Positions 10,195-18,723 of a DNA stretch of 32,000 nucleotides are shown piece after piece. A model generated the notes under the pieces. The model made no database searches, was not told the DNA's origin, and saw nothing but the letters and a program-made list of their open reading frames with translations. Source of the stretch: Patescibacteria group bacterium. GTDB lineage: Bacteria; Patescibacteriota; UBA1384; XYA2-FULL-43-10. The stretch is taken from positions 90,001 to 122,000 of the forward strand of contig JBAYVT010000002.1 in the NCBI GenBank assembly GCA_041674405.1, read 5' to 3'. A program made the position numbers and the translations under genes. Positions within the stretch are counted from its first letter, which is position 1. Every line of letters starts with the position of its first letter.

Positions 10195-10299
10195 TGACCC
10201 CCATCCAAAGTGTCTAAAATTAGAATAAATGAACATTGCCAAAAATGCAAATCAAACCTCGCGAGGCACCCCACGAAGCAGAATTATGGAGTAATTGTA

Positions 10300-11274
10300 C
10301 TATCGGAGATATTTGTTCACATTCGCCTGGTGCTCGGCGGCGGTTGCAGCCGGATGAAGGGTACCATCGTCGTCAGTAATAAAATAATAGTAATTTGAAT
10401 GAGTATAATTTATTACCGCTTCAATGCTTTTAAGCCCAGGATTGCAAATTGGCTCCGGCGGCAATCCGGCATATAGATAAGTATTAAAAGGAGAATTAAT
10501 CGTGCTAAACGCCCTACCATCCGTTGAGTCCCAGAAATCGTACGCGCCGTTATTCGTACCGACATTTTCTATTTGCATCGAATCAAACCCATATTGGACC
10601 GTGGGGTTAGACTCAAGCTTCATGTCAATATTCAATCGATTTTTGAATATTCCGGCAATAATTGGCCTGTCGGCGTCTTTTTTTGCTTCACGCTCAACAA
10701 TTGAAGCCAAAATTAAATCCGAATCAGTTAAATTTAAACTTTTCGTTCGTTCATTGTAATTATCATTCATTATTCTAACAATATCTGAAGCCGTTGACTT
10801 CACAGAGATATAATAGGTATCCGGAAATAGCTTGCCGTCATATCCGTAAGCTTGCGCCATAAAATCGGCATAGTTAACATATTTTTTTTCAGAAAGATAT
10901 TGGGCAATCTGCTCTGCTCGCCAGCCTTCCGGAATTGTAATTTTTCTAATCGCAGTATCACCAGATGAAATTTTCGTTGCAATATCTTTGATCGACATAT
11001 CTTCCGACAGAAGATATGATCCGGCTCGCAATGTTTTGTGGGTTAGTTTGACATAAATTACGAAAACCCAATCTGATTTGATCAATTTTTTGTCCAACAA
11101 ATTGTCTGCCACGTCGATCGTGGCAGTTTTATCAGGAATCTCAAAAATCTGTTTGGTTGAGTCTAACCCCACAGGAGTTCTGATTATGTAGTTGAAATAA
11201 ACAATACCCAAAAGCGCTAATATTAGTAACGCAAAAAAAATGTATAGAAGAATTGTTTTGAAATATTTGCTCAT
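10300..11274 (-). CDS. mltG: Endolytic transglycosylase MltG (YceG-like)
   Basis: TM, LysM-like region, ASIVEREAKKDADRPIIAGIFKNRLNIDMKLESNPTVQYGF...SPFNTYLYAGLPPEPICNPGLKSIEAVINYTHSNYYYFITDDDG. Confidence 0.95.
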   Translation of the reverse strand: MSKYFKTILLYIFFALLILALLGIVYFNYIIRTPVGLDSTKQIFEIPDKTATIDVADNLLDKKLIKSDWVFVIYVKLTHKTLRAGSYLLSEDMSIKDIATKISSGDTAIRKITIPEGWRAEQIAQYLSEKKYVNYADFMAQAYGYDGKLFPDTYYISVKSTASDIVRIMNDNYNERTKSLNLTDSDLILASIVEREAKKDADRPIIAGIFKNRLNIDMKLESNPTVQYGFDSMQIENVGTNNGAYDFWDSTDGRAFSTINSPFNTYLYAGLPPEPICNPGLKSIEAVINYTHSNYYYFITDDDGTLHPAATAAEHQANVNKYLR

Positions 11275-11675
11275 TTATTGTGTTCTAAAAATTGTTCAAG
11301 AAGCAAGGCGGCTGCCATTTCGTCAACTTTTCCCTTGTCGTGGCGGAAATCAATCCCCTTTTCCGAAAGAATTCTTTCGGCTTCATGCGAAGTAAAATTC
11401 TCCGGCTCAAAAACCAAATCAAGTTCTGTTTTATTCGATAAGAGGTTTCCAAAACTCTTTATTTTGCCGACAATTTCGGGTTCTCCACCATCATCATATT
11501 CTGGTAAACCGATGATGATTTTTTCAATTTCTTCCGTAGCACAAATTTGAGCAATTTTGTCGGCGGCTTTTTCTAAATTACCGATATTTTCAACCGTACC
11601 AAAAGGTTTTGAAAACATTTCTCCGGTTGCCAGCCCTATTCTTTTTTCGCCATAATCGATTGCTAAAATTTTCAT
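11271..11675 (-). CDS. ruvX: Pre-16S rRNA nuclease / putative Holliday junction resolvase YqgF
   Basis: MKILAIDYGEKRIGLATG...IGLPEYDDG...FEPENFTSHEAERIL...KVDEMAAALLLEQFL; RuvX/YqgF motifs. Confidence 0.93.
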   Translation of the reverse strand: MKILAIDYGEKRIGLATGEMFSKPFGTVENIGNLEKAADKIAQICATEEIEKIIIGLPEYDDGGEPEIVGKIKSFGNLLSNKTELDLVFEPENFTSHEAERILSEKGIDFRHDKGKVDEMAAALLLEQFLEHNK

Positions 11676-11787
11676 AAGGTAATTCTATCACAGAAAAGTC
11701 ACGCAGATCTACACAATAAAACAAAAGAAACCATTCGACTTCATAAAAATTTAGACCATGAATTCCTGCACAAATCTCTCTGATTGC

Positions 11788-13599
11788 CTATTCTTGATAT
11801 CCAAAAGTAACCTTAATTCTGCTGGAAATAAATGGAATTCGCGCTAAGAAACTCGGCCAAACTTTAAGATCAACATCGTTTACGCCACTAATCCCAAGAA
11901 TATAACTTCGTGCTGTGCCATATTTTTTATTTTTAATATTATTTTTGATATCGCCTGAATTTATTTTTTTGCCGATTTTTGTACTGTATTTTGCTGACAT
12001 GCCAACAACCCCCTTGTCTTTGTCGTAGGAGCCAGCGCTGAAATCAATCTTGGTATTCTGATCATTTATAATCATTTGATCTGACCCAATTTCATTCACA
12101 ACCTTATCGGATAGCATGCTCTTTAGGGCTGTCTCGGAAAAACTAATTCCGGAAACCTTTAGAGTGAGTTTCATATTAAATGATTCTGCTTCATCGCCTT
12201 CTTTCGCCGAAGCTTCTAGGGCAACTTGCTCCCCGGATGCGGTCGTACTTAGGAAATTGGCATTATCTTTCGCTATTTCTGTTGAGATTTGATCTGAAAG
12301 TTGGGCTAAAAGGTCTTTTGTTAGAGAATCGGTGGCATTTTTAATATCGCCGGCTGAGACAATTTTAATTGTTTTGGTTGTCCCGCCGGACAAAGCAGCG
12401 GTTGTTTGGCCATAAATATTCATCCTTTTGTCGCCAGAAAATGACTCGATAGTAAATTTCGACGGAGTCAAATTGTATTTATCACCCGACTCACGAGCAG
12501 TGACATGTCCTTTTACTTGCCCTGGAGTTACGACTACTTTTCCATTCACCAGGGCTGAAGTTGCTGCCGGTATTGTGACAGCCCCATTGGTGACAAACTG
12601 CAAACCTTGCGACGAGACAACTGATCCGTCTGCAATTGCTTGCGTATCGGTAGAAGAATAAGCGTTATAAAAGACAATATCACCAGAAGATTTTGTTCCG
12701 GCATCTTTCGTCCCAGTGGTGTTGAAATCCTTCGAAAGATCACCCTGCGTATCTTGCATGGTTCCGGGAATTAAGGAGTCGGCAGAATTAACATCTGTAA
12801 TGGCTTTGTCGACTGAAAATGTGAAATCCTTCGCAAAGTCCGTGCTGGCCAGTTTGATATCAATATTTGCGTATGGCAAAAAAACATACGAAAGCACTAT
12901 TGCCAAAATGAGAAATGCTCCCGAAATAATCAAAAGTGGCTTTTTCCTTGATCCAATTTTCTTGGGCTTTGAAATAGGCGTCTCTCCGTGCGAAATTTCC
13001 GGCCTTCTGCGCATTGAATTTGAAGTAATAATTGTTTCGGAACTTTTTTTAATTTCCTCATTTTTATCGGGCTTGATTGGTTCTGTGTCCTTTTTTTCGC
13101 GCTCTAACCCTTCTGGTTTGGGTTCAGTTGCCTTGGCGGGATCAGCCTTTGCTGCGGTTTTTTCTTCACCCAGGCTATCTTCCAGGTTTTTCTGCTCCTC
13201 CTGCTCATCACTGCCTTTGTCATATCTGTTTACCACAAACCCAGCCGCCGCTTCTTCGGATGATGCAGCTTCAATAACTCCCTCGTCCGAATCAGATTCT
13301 TCCGATGTTACCGGGACGGGCTTTTCTGGTTTCGCAGCACGCGCTTCGTTTACTGAAGAATAAATCGTTATGCCGACTTGCGAAGCTAAATTGCGTGATA
13401 TTTTATCACCGGTAATAAGTGAGATAATCTTATTTTGCTTTTCAATTTCGCGCTTCAGAAGCTTCAAGTTCACGATACTTTGAGCAATTGTCCCTCCGCG
13501 CGGGACCATCAAAGAAACGCCATCGGCATCGATTTCCTTGATCCGGCCAATTACGCTTGCAATATCGTCGTCAGGTTCTAGATAAATGATTTCGTTCAT
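11788..13599 (-). CDS. Large membrane-anchored protein: N-terminal cytoplasmic domain, long acidic/low-complexity linker, one TM, ~400-aa extracytoplasmic region (baseplate-J-like annotation possible)
   Basis: MNEIIYLEPDDDIASVIGRIKEIDADGVSLMVPRGGTIAQSIVNLKLLKREIEKQNKIISLITGDKISRNLASQVGITIYSSV; Glu/Lys/Ala-rich linker; KKPLLIISGAFLILAIVLSYVFLPYA TM; extracytoplasmic beta-rich C-terminus. Confidence 0.75.
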   Translation of the reverse strand: MNEIIYLEPDDDIASVIGRIKEIDADGVSLMVPRGGTIAQSIVNLKLLKREIEKQNKIISLITGDKISRNLASQVGITIYSSVNEARAAKPEKPVPVTSEESDSDEGVIEAASSEEAAAGFVVNRYDKGSDEQEEQKNLEDSLGEEKTAAKADPAKATEPKPEGLEREKKDTEPIKPDKNEEIKKSSETIITSNSMRRRPEISHGETPISKPKKIGSRKKPLLIISGAFLILAIVLSYVFLPYANIDIKLASTDFAKDFTFSVDKAITDVNSADSLIPGTMQDTQGDLSKDFNTTGTKDAGTKSSGDIVFYNAYSSTDTQAIADGSVVSSQGLQFVTNGAVTIPAATSALVNGKVVVTPGQVKGHVTARESGDKYNLTPSKFTIESFSGDKRMNIYGQTTAALSGGTTKTIKIVSAGDIKNATDSLTKDLLAQLSDQISTEIAKDNANFLSTTASGEQVALEASAKEGDEAESFNMKLTLKVSGISFSETALKSMLSDKVVNEIGSDQMIINDQNTKIDFSAGSYDKDKGVVGMSAKYSTKIGKKINSGDIKNNIKNKKYGTARSYILGISGVNDVDLKVWPSFLARIPFISSRIKVTFGYQE

Positions 13600-13737
13600 C
13601 GATGTGGAGTAAAATTAATTCTTCCTAAATAATATAACATGAAGCCTAATATATTCGTAGTTTCTGTTAATTGTATCAAGTATTATGTATCAGGTATCAA
13701 GGTTTGGAATACATGAAGCATGATACATTATTCTTAA

Positions 13738-14988
13738 TCACGATCGTATTCCTTCGATCACTCTATCCAAAATCCCATCTACCAACTTTTCTTCGCCGAC
13801 AAAATCAATTGCTAAATTCGCCATTGCCATTGGAGTAATGTCCTGCGCTCCGACTAATTTTTCCGTCTCATCCTTAACGTTCAGAACTTGTCCCGGTTTA
13901 ATAAAATCGACTTTCGGTTGGCGGGCAAATGGCAGGCGCTTCACCCATGCTTTTTTCTCAAGATATTCTTTTATTTCCGGAAGCATCGAACCGCCGCCGC
14001 ATAAAAGAATTCTTGATGGTAGAAGATCGACATTAGAGAATTCTTCCAATGCCAATTCGACTCCGGCAAGCCAGACATCACAATCATTTTCGATCGCTTT
14101 TTTGATCTTTTCAGATTTTTCGCTTCCTTCTTTGATTTTTCCGCTCGAATATTGAAGCTTAATGCTTTCTGCTTGTTCAAAATCGGTTTGAAGCGCATCA
14201 GCAATAGATTTGGTAAATACCCGCCCTCCAATTGCAAACATCCTTGTGCCTTCCACTCCCCCTGCTCGAACTACGGCGATATCGGTAGTCCCACCGCCAA
14301 TATCAATAAAAATAGAAGAAAAATCGGTAAGTTCTTCAAGCCCGACACAACGAGCTACTGCATATGGCTCGGATGTTATTGCTAGTAGATCGAGGTCCAA
14401 CCCTTCAGCAATGGTCTGCAATGCACCCAGATGAACGATTGGTGCGAAAGCATTGAATATTCCTACCGAAACATCACGACCCTGAAAACCGATTGGGTTG
14501 GTAACTTTGTATTCATCAATCCGCACATCCACAACGGCTGAGTTAACCAATTTTACATCAAGCTCAGAATGACCTGTTTCCCAAGCTAAAGTCGCACGGG
14601 CTTTTTCAAAAGTTTTGCGCTGTACTTGGTCAATAATTTCGCGGAGTTCGGAAAGGGTAATTTTTTCTTGTGGGTTCTCGCGACGGTAATGAACAGTGGT
14701 TGTTGTGCCTTTTACCAACTCGCCGGCAATGCCGATAATGCATTGGCGCGGTGCGACACCTGCTTCCTCAATAGCTTTATCTAGCGCCTTCTCGCAATTT
14801 TTAATTACGCCTGCAATATCTGTGACTCGCCCACCCTGCATATCGGAAAGCTTCTGGCGTTCCTTACCAACGCCTACAACATAGGCTCTATCATCCTCAA
14901 CACGAAAAATCAGGACCTTGACAAATTCAGTCCCAATATCGAGCGAAACAGCATAATTCTTCTTATTTTTGCGGTTAAATAGTCCCAA
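13738..14988 (-). CDS. FtsA/PilM-like actin-fold ATPase; TTG start
   Basis: YAVSLDIGTEFVKVLIF...IGIAGELVKGTTTTVHYRRENPQEKITLSELREII...DFSSIFIDIGGGTTDIAVVRAGGVEGTRMFAIGGRVFTKSIADAL; GAGGGG SD before TTG at 14988. Confidence 0.85.
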   Translation of the reverse strand: MGLFNRKNKKNYAVSLDIGTEFVKVLIFRVEDDRAYVVGVGKERQKLSDMQGGRVTDIAGVIKNCEKALDKAIEEAGVAPRQCIIGIAGELVKGTTTTVHYRRENPQEKITLSELREIIDQVQRKTFEKARATLAWETGHSELDVKLVNSAVVDVRIDEYKVTNPIGFQGRDVSVGIFNAFAPIVHLGALQTIAEGLDLDLLAITSEPYAVARCVGLEELTDFSSIFIDIGGGTTDIAVVRAGGVEGTRMFAIGGRVFTKSIADALQTDFEQAESIKLQYSSGKIKEGSEKSEKIKKAIENDCDVWLAGVELALEEFSNVDLLPSRILLCGGGSMLPEIKEYLEKKAWVKRLPFARQPKVDFIKPGQVLNVKDETEKLVGAQDITPMAMANLAIDFVGEEKLVDGILDRVIEGIRS

Positions 14989-15042
14989 TTTGTTTGCCCC
15001 TCAACTTGATATGAAAACAACACAGTGATCCTGCTTAAGATT

Positions 15043-15071
15043 ATTATATATTCTTTCATAAGAATTGCCAA
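15043..15071 (-). promoter_or_regulatory. Sigma70-type promoter for the FtsA-like gene
   Basis: Minus strand: TTGGCA (15071-15066), 17-nt spacer, TATAAT (15048-15043). Confidence 0.7.
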
Positions 15072-15093
15072 ATAGCTCATAAATAGCTATATT
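15065..15093 (+). promoter_or_regulatory. Divergent sigma70-type promoter for the plus-strand mini-gene
   Basis: TTGCCA (15065-15070), 17-nt spacer, TATATT (15088-15093); its -35 overlaps the -35 of the minus-strand promoter. Confidence 0.65.
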
Positions 15094-15130
15094 GTCATCG
15101 AGTCTGATACCGCAATCGGGAAGGTTATGT

Positions 15131-15352
15131 ATGCCGATGGATAACAGAAAAGGAGTCTGCCCCGCGATTCTGGTGATTGTCATCGTAGTGCTCATTGGCA
15201 CACTGGTGGCGATCCACTTCCAACACGAGGCCAGAGCTGCCAGTCCCGAACTTCAGATAGAGAGATCACTACCAGCGGGAAATCCGCCCGCCGGACACCC
15301 GGACGCTCACCTCACCAGCCTGCAGCCCACCCTTCCGAGGGCGGGCTGCTAA
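15131..15352 (+). CDS. GC-rich 73-aa single-TM small protein (hypothetical); preferred start 15131 (track start 15092 falls inside the -10)
   Basis: GGGAAGG SD upstream of ATG 15131; MPMDNRKGVCPAILVIVIVVLIGTLVAIHFQHEARAASPELQIERSLPAGNPPAGHPDAHLTSLQPTLPRAGC; about 59% GC by hand count (132/222). Confidence 0.6.
   Translation: MPMDNRKGVCPAILVIVIVVLIGTLVAIHFQHEARAASPELQIERSLPAGNPPAGHPDAHLTSLQPTLPRAGC
15324..15347 (+). terminator. GC-rich hairpin overlapping the 3' end of the plus-strand mini-ORF
   Basis: AGCCCACCCT-TCCG-AGGGCGGGCT, 10-bp stem with one mismatch; no long T-tract follows. Confidence 0.5.
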
Positions 15353-15371
15353 CGTTTGTAAAACAAAAAAA

Positions 15372-15390
15372 GGCTCATGAGCCCAAGTAT
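15372..15390 (-). terminator. Weak palindrome/T-tract terminator after alaS
   Basis: Minus strand GGCTCATGAGCC followed by TTTTTTTG. Confidence 0.4.
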
Positions 15391-15406
15391 TTCATATGGA
15401 AAAATT

Positions 15407-17437
15407 TTAGCTTAGAATAGCCTTAATTCTACGCACCCCAGCGCTTGATGATTCTTCTTTCGTAATTTTGAAATGCCCGAGATCGCCGGTATTTGATGCG
15501 TGCGGTCCACCACAAATTTCACGCGAAACTATAGTTTCGCGTGATCCCGAGCGAGCACCGCGAGCCGAGGGACTAATCGTATAGACTTTAACATTATCGC
15601 CATATTTAGCCTCAAATACCCCCATTGCCCCACAAGTTTTGGCATCTTCAAGGCTCATTTCCTGCATGTCAACAGGAATATTTTTTGAAATTTGTTCGTT
15701 AACTAAATTTTCAACTTTGGAGATTTGCTCCGGCGTCATTTTTTCCGAGTGTGAAAAGTCAAATCGCAAACGTTCCGATGTAATATTCGAACCCTTTTGT
15801 ACCACATGATCGCCAAGTACCTTGCGAAGCGCTGCCAACATCAAATGCGCTGCCGTGTGCAACTTCGCTGTTGCCTCCTTGTCATCCGCAAGCCCACCCT
15901 TAAACATCCCGGCCGACGCGGTACGGGATAGCTCCTGATGTTTTGCGAGCTCGGATCTAAATCCTTCTCTGTCAACAAAAAGATGCTCTTCCTGTGAAAG
16001 TTCAGTAATTAGCTCGAGTGGGAATCCGTAAGTTTGGTATAAGTCGAATGCTTCTTTTCCTGATAAATAGGCTGCGTGAATTTCTTTATTTGTGGCATTG
16101 ATATTGTGTTTTTTGAAGATCTCGTTCACCATTTCGGAAGAATCGCCTGAATAGATATCTCCCAAAATATCTCCTTTATCCGGAAGAACCATTATCTTTG
16201 CGTATTCTTCTTGCGAAATTGGTTTCTTTGATTCGAAAATCTTGCCCGCCCTTGCCAAACCGGACTGAATTGTCTTGGCGAATTTTTCCTCTTCCGCAGT
16301 GATATTTTTGATAATCTCGCCTCGGGTAATTTCAGGATATTCTGACGAATAAATCTCAATCACTTTTTCAATTAGAGAAATCAACGAAACTTTAATATTT
16401 AGAAGCCAGCCGTACCGAACAGCCCTTCGAATGATTCTGCGCAAAACATACCCCCGGTCAACATTGGACGGGATTATTCCTTCTGACGATATAAATACCG
16501 CCGCCCTTATATGATCGGCCAAAACACGAAAGCTTTTTCTTACGTCAACCCAGCATCGTTTGTCCTCTGCTATATATTCTTCATCCGATTTATCGCCATA
16601 TTTTAGGTTCGATAGTTCTTCAATTTTTTCGATAATCGGTCGGAATAAGTCCGTTTGATAGGCATCTGATTTGCCTTCCAAATACGCTGTCATACGTTCG
16701 AGACCCATGCCGGTATCGACATTTTTCTGATCAAGCGGTACGTATTCGAAATGCTCTTCCTCGATGAATTCGCCACCAGACGCCAATGCTTCTTTGCCTT
16801 TCTCTGTCAGAACTTTTCGAAATTCCATGAAAACATCATTCCAGACTTCGAGCCAACCGGAATTTTCCGGATCAAATTCTTCCGGCGCATTGCCTCCACC
16901 CGTCCAGACAAACATCTCCGTATCTGGCCCGCATGGTCCCTCAATTCCGGGTGGCCCCCAAAAATTATCGCTTTTTCCCAGAAGCTTGATGCGAGACTCT
17001 GAAATTCCCAAACCCATCCAAATTTTTTTTGATTCCAAGTCAGCGTCCACACCTGGCATTCCTTCAAAACAGGTGACGGCTAGATTTTTTGGGTCAATGT
17101 TGAGCTCCTTGGTCAGAAATTCATAGCTCCATTCAATTGCTTCTCTGCGTCCATAATCACCCAGACTCCAATTACCAAGCATTTCAAAAAAAGTGAAATG
17201 AGACTCATCGCCTACGGACTCGATATCCCCAGTGCGTATACACTTCTGAACCGAAGCCAGCCGTTTGCCGCCCGGATGCTTCTCGCCCATAATATATGGA
17301 ATTAACGGATGCATGCCGGCGGTGGTGAAAAGAACCGTCGGGTCGTTTTCCGGCACCAAAGAAGCAGAAGGAAGCACCTCGTGCCCCTTCTTTTTGAAAA
17401 ATTCGAGATATTTTTTTCTTAGTTCTTTCGCAGTCAT
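15407..17437 (-). CDS. alaS: Alanyl-tRNA synthetase lacking the C-Ala (DHHA1-type) domain
   Basis: MTAKELRKKYLEFFKKKGHEVLPSASLVPENDPTVLFTTAGMHPLIPYIMG...FWGPPGIEGPCGPDTEMF...; editing-domain motifs HTAAHLM and ICGGPHASNTGDLGHF; ends at 676 aa. Confidence 0.97.
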   Translation of the reverse strand: MTAKELRKKYLEFFKKKGHEVLPSASLVPENDPTVLFTTAGMHPLIPYIMGEKHPGGKRLASVQKCIRTGDIESVGDESHFTFFEMLGNWSLGDYGRREAIEWSYEFLTKELNIDPKNLAVTCFEGMPGVDADLESKKIWMGLGISESRIKLLGKSDNFWGPPGIEGPCGPDTEMFVWTGGGNAPEEFDPENSGWLEVWNDVFMEFRKVLTEKGKEALASGGEFIEEEHFEYVPLDQKNVDTGMGLERMTAYLEGKSDAYQTDLFRPIIEKIEELSNLKYGDKSDEEYIAEDKRCWVDVRKSFRVLADHIRAAVFISSEGIIPSNVDRGYVLRRIIRRAVRYGWLLNIKVSLISLIEKVIEIYSSEYPEITRGEIIKNITAEEEKFAKTIQSGLARAGKIFESKKPISQEEYAKIMVLPDKGDILGDIYSGDSSEMVNEIFKKHNINATNKEIHAAYLSGKEAFDLYQTYGFPLELITELSQEEHLFVDREGFRSELAKHQELSRTASAGMFKGGLADDKEATAKLHTAAHLMLAALRKVLGDHVVQKGSNITSERLRFDFSHSEKMTPEQISKVENLVNEQISKNIPVDMQEMSLEDAKTCGAMGVFEAKYGDNVKVYTISPSARGARSGSRETIVSREICGGPHASNTGDLGHFKITKEESSSAGVRRIKAILS

Positions 17438-17444
17438 AAGTTAT

Positions 17445-18122
17445 TTAATTCGCCTGTGTTGATGCTTCTTCTCCGACCTTACCAAACAGATTCTTGAAAA
17501 ACATCGTCCAGAAAGAGCTGGAAACATCCGTGGTTTTTTGTTCGACTTTCACAGCATATTTTGGATCATCGCGAAGCCCTAGTTGGTCTGCATACATTGT
17601 GGCATAAATTTGCTGATATTTTTTAACGTTGTAAACGTAATTTCTTGTCTCTTTAAAAGGAATATTACCGAGAATCCCTAAAGCAATCCATTTGTCAGCA
17701 TTTCCAGTTCCCGCATTATATCCTGCCAAAGCCGCGTCGATATTACCGCTGTATTTTACCAAAAGATCGCGAATATGGGCAGCGCCAAAATTGATCGAAG
17801 TTTCGGGATCAAAAATATCATAATTTGTCATACCCACTTCTTTTGCCATGGTATTCGCAGTGCCCGGCATAAACTGCATAAGCCCTTTTGCGCCCTTGCT
17901 TGATTGAGCAGTCGGGTTAAATCGTGACTCCTGCATAATTACTGCGGCTACAAGCGACGGATCAACTCCATAAGCACGAGAATACTGAACAATCCAATTC
18001 TCGTATTTAAGCGGCACTATCGTGTCGGCCAACATCCCCGGCAAATAAAAGAATCCAGCTACAAGCATGACTAAAATCAAGCCAATAATTACAAGTAAAT
18101 TTACTTTCGTCTTTTTTTTCAT
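17445..18122 (-). CDS. Membrane-anchored lytic transglycosylase (SLT domain); preferred start 18122 (track start 18137)
   Basis: WIVQYSRAYGVDPSLVAAVIMQESRFNPTAQSSKGAKGLMQFMPGTANTMAKEVG...NYDIFDPETSINFGAAHIRDLL...ALAGYNAG; AGAGGGG SD before ATG 18122. Confidence 0.93.
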   Translation of the reverse strand: MKKKTKVNLLVIIGLILVMLVAGFFYLPGMLADTIVPLKYENWIVQYSRAYGVDPSLVAAVIMQESRFNPTAQSSKGAKGLMQFMPGTANTMAKEVGMTNYDIFDPETSINFGAAHIRDLLVKYSGNIDAALAGYNAGTGNADKWIALGILGNIPFKETRNYVYNVKKYQQIYATMYADQLGLRDDPKYAVKVEQKTTDVSSSFWTMFFKNLFGKVGEEASTQAN

Positions 18123-18267
18123 CGAACCCCTCTGCAATAAGTCTCTTATCCATGCTTAGTAGTCTTAGCTATTGGTCCGCTGTAAACTACAAAATCCTAA
18201 CTATCGACTAAAATATTACCACAGATAAGACCCAAAGAAAAGATAAGACTTAAATCAAATATCACTT

Positions 18268-18296
18268 GGCGGCTCCCGAACTTTTCGGGAGCCGCC
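18268..18296 (-). terminator. GC-rich hairpin downstream of the 66-aa mini-gene
   Basis: GGCGGCTCCCGAA-CTT-TTCGGGAGCCGCC: 13-nt perfect arms. Confidence 0.75.
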
Positions 18297-18317
18297 CAGC
18301 CCTCCCCGTATGCTCGC

Positions 18318-18518
18318 CTAGGATTTGGTCGCTGCCCTCTTGCCGTCTCCGACGACAACAAAGATCAGCGCAAGACCAATGGTGAGCATCACTACCGGAC
18401 CCAGGAGATGATGTTCCAGCCACTGCCGCGACCCGTCACTCCAAATGCTGCCTACCAGGACGACAGCTGCGCCCGAAACAAACATCAGCCCTCCCATCAG
18501 GTGCAGGAACCTCATCAT
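18318..18518 (-). CDS. GC-rich 66-aa two-TM small protein (hypothetical); track start 18566
   Basis: ATGGAGGGAATATT SD context before ATG; MMRFLHLMGGLMFVSGAAVVLVGSIWSDGSRQWLEHHLLGPVVMLTIGLALIFVVVGDGKRAATKS; about 57% GC by hand count (115/201). Confidence 0.65.
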   Translation of the reverse strand: MMRFLHLMGGLMFVSGAAVVLVGSIWSDGSRQWLEHHLLGPVVMLTIGLALIFVVVGDGKRAATKS

Positions 18519-18566
18519 AATATTCCCTCCATGTAGGAATCGGTGCTCAGCACAAGAATAACACAA

Positions 18567-18598
18567 AAATCTGCACTTGTTTTAATTAATGCAGATTT
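18567..18598 (-). terminator. Terminator after tRNA-Leu(UAA)
   Basis: Minus strand AAATCTGCA...TGCAGATTTTTGTG, 9-bp stem with T-tract. Confidence 0.7.
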
Positions 18599-18599
18599 C

Positions 18600-18688
18600 T
18601 GGTGCCCGGAGCCGGGGTCGAACCGGCACGATGTTTTACCATCATTGGATTTTAAGTCCAACGCGTCTACCAATTCCGCCATCCGGGC
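18600..18688 (-). tRNA. tRNA-Leu(UAA)
   Basis: GCCCGGATGGCGGAATTGGTAGACGCG...TTGGA CTTAAAA TCCAA...GGTTCGACCCCGGCTCCGGGCACCA; long variable arm; encoded CCA. Confidence 0.97.
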
Positions 18689-18723
18689 ACATCAATATTA
18701 ATATTTTACTTTAAAGCACTAAT

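Noticed and set aside
10210-10398. 62-aa plus-strand ORF downstream of mltG
   Set aside because: Partly antisense to mltG, no SD, no recognisable features; likely spurious.
12428-13363. Plus-strand ORFs of 77, 215 and 66 aa opposite the large surface-protein gene
   Set aside because: Low-complexity Ser/Pro/Phe-rich shadow frames caused by the acidic linker coding on the minus strand; no SD or family features.
16751-17126. Plus- and minus-strand ORFs (83, 120, 86 aa) inside alaS
   Set aside because: Fully contained in a strong AlaRS coding frame; shadow ORFs.
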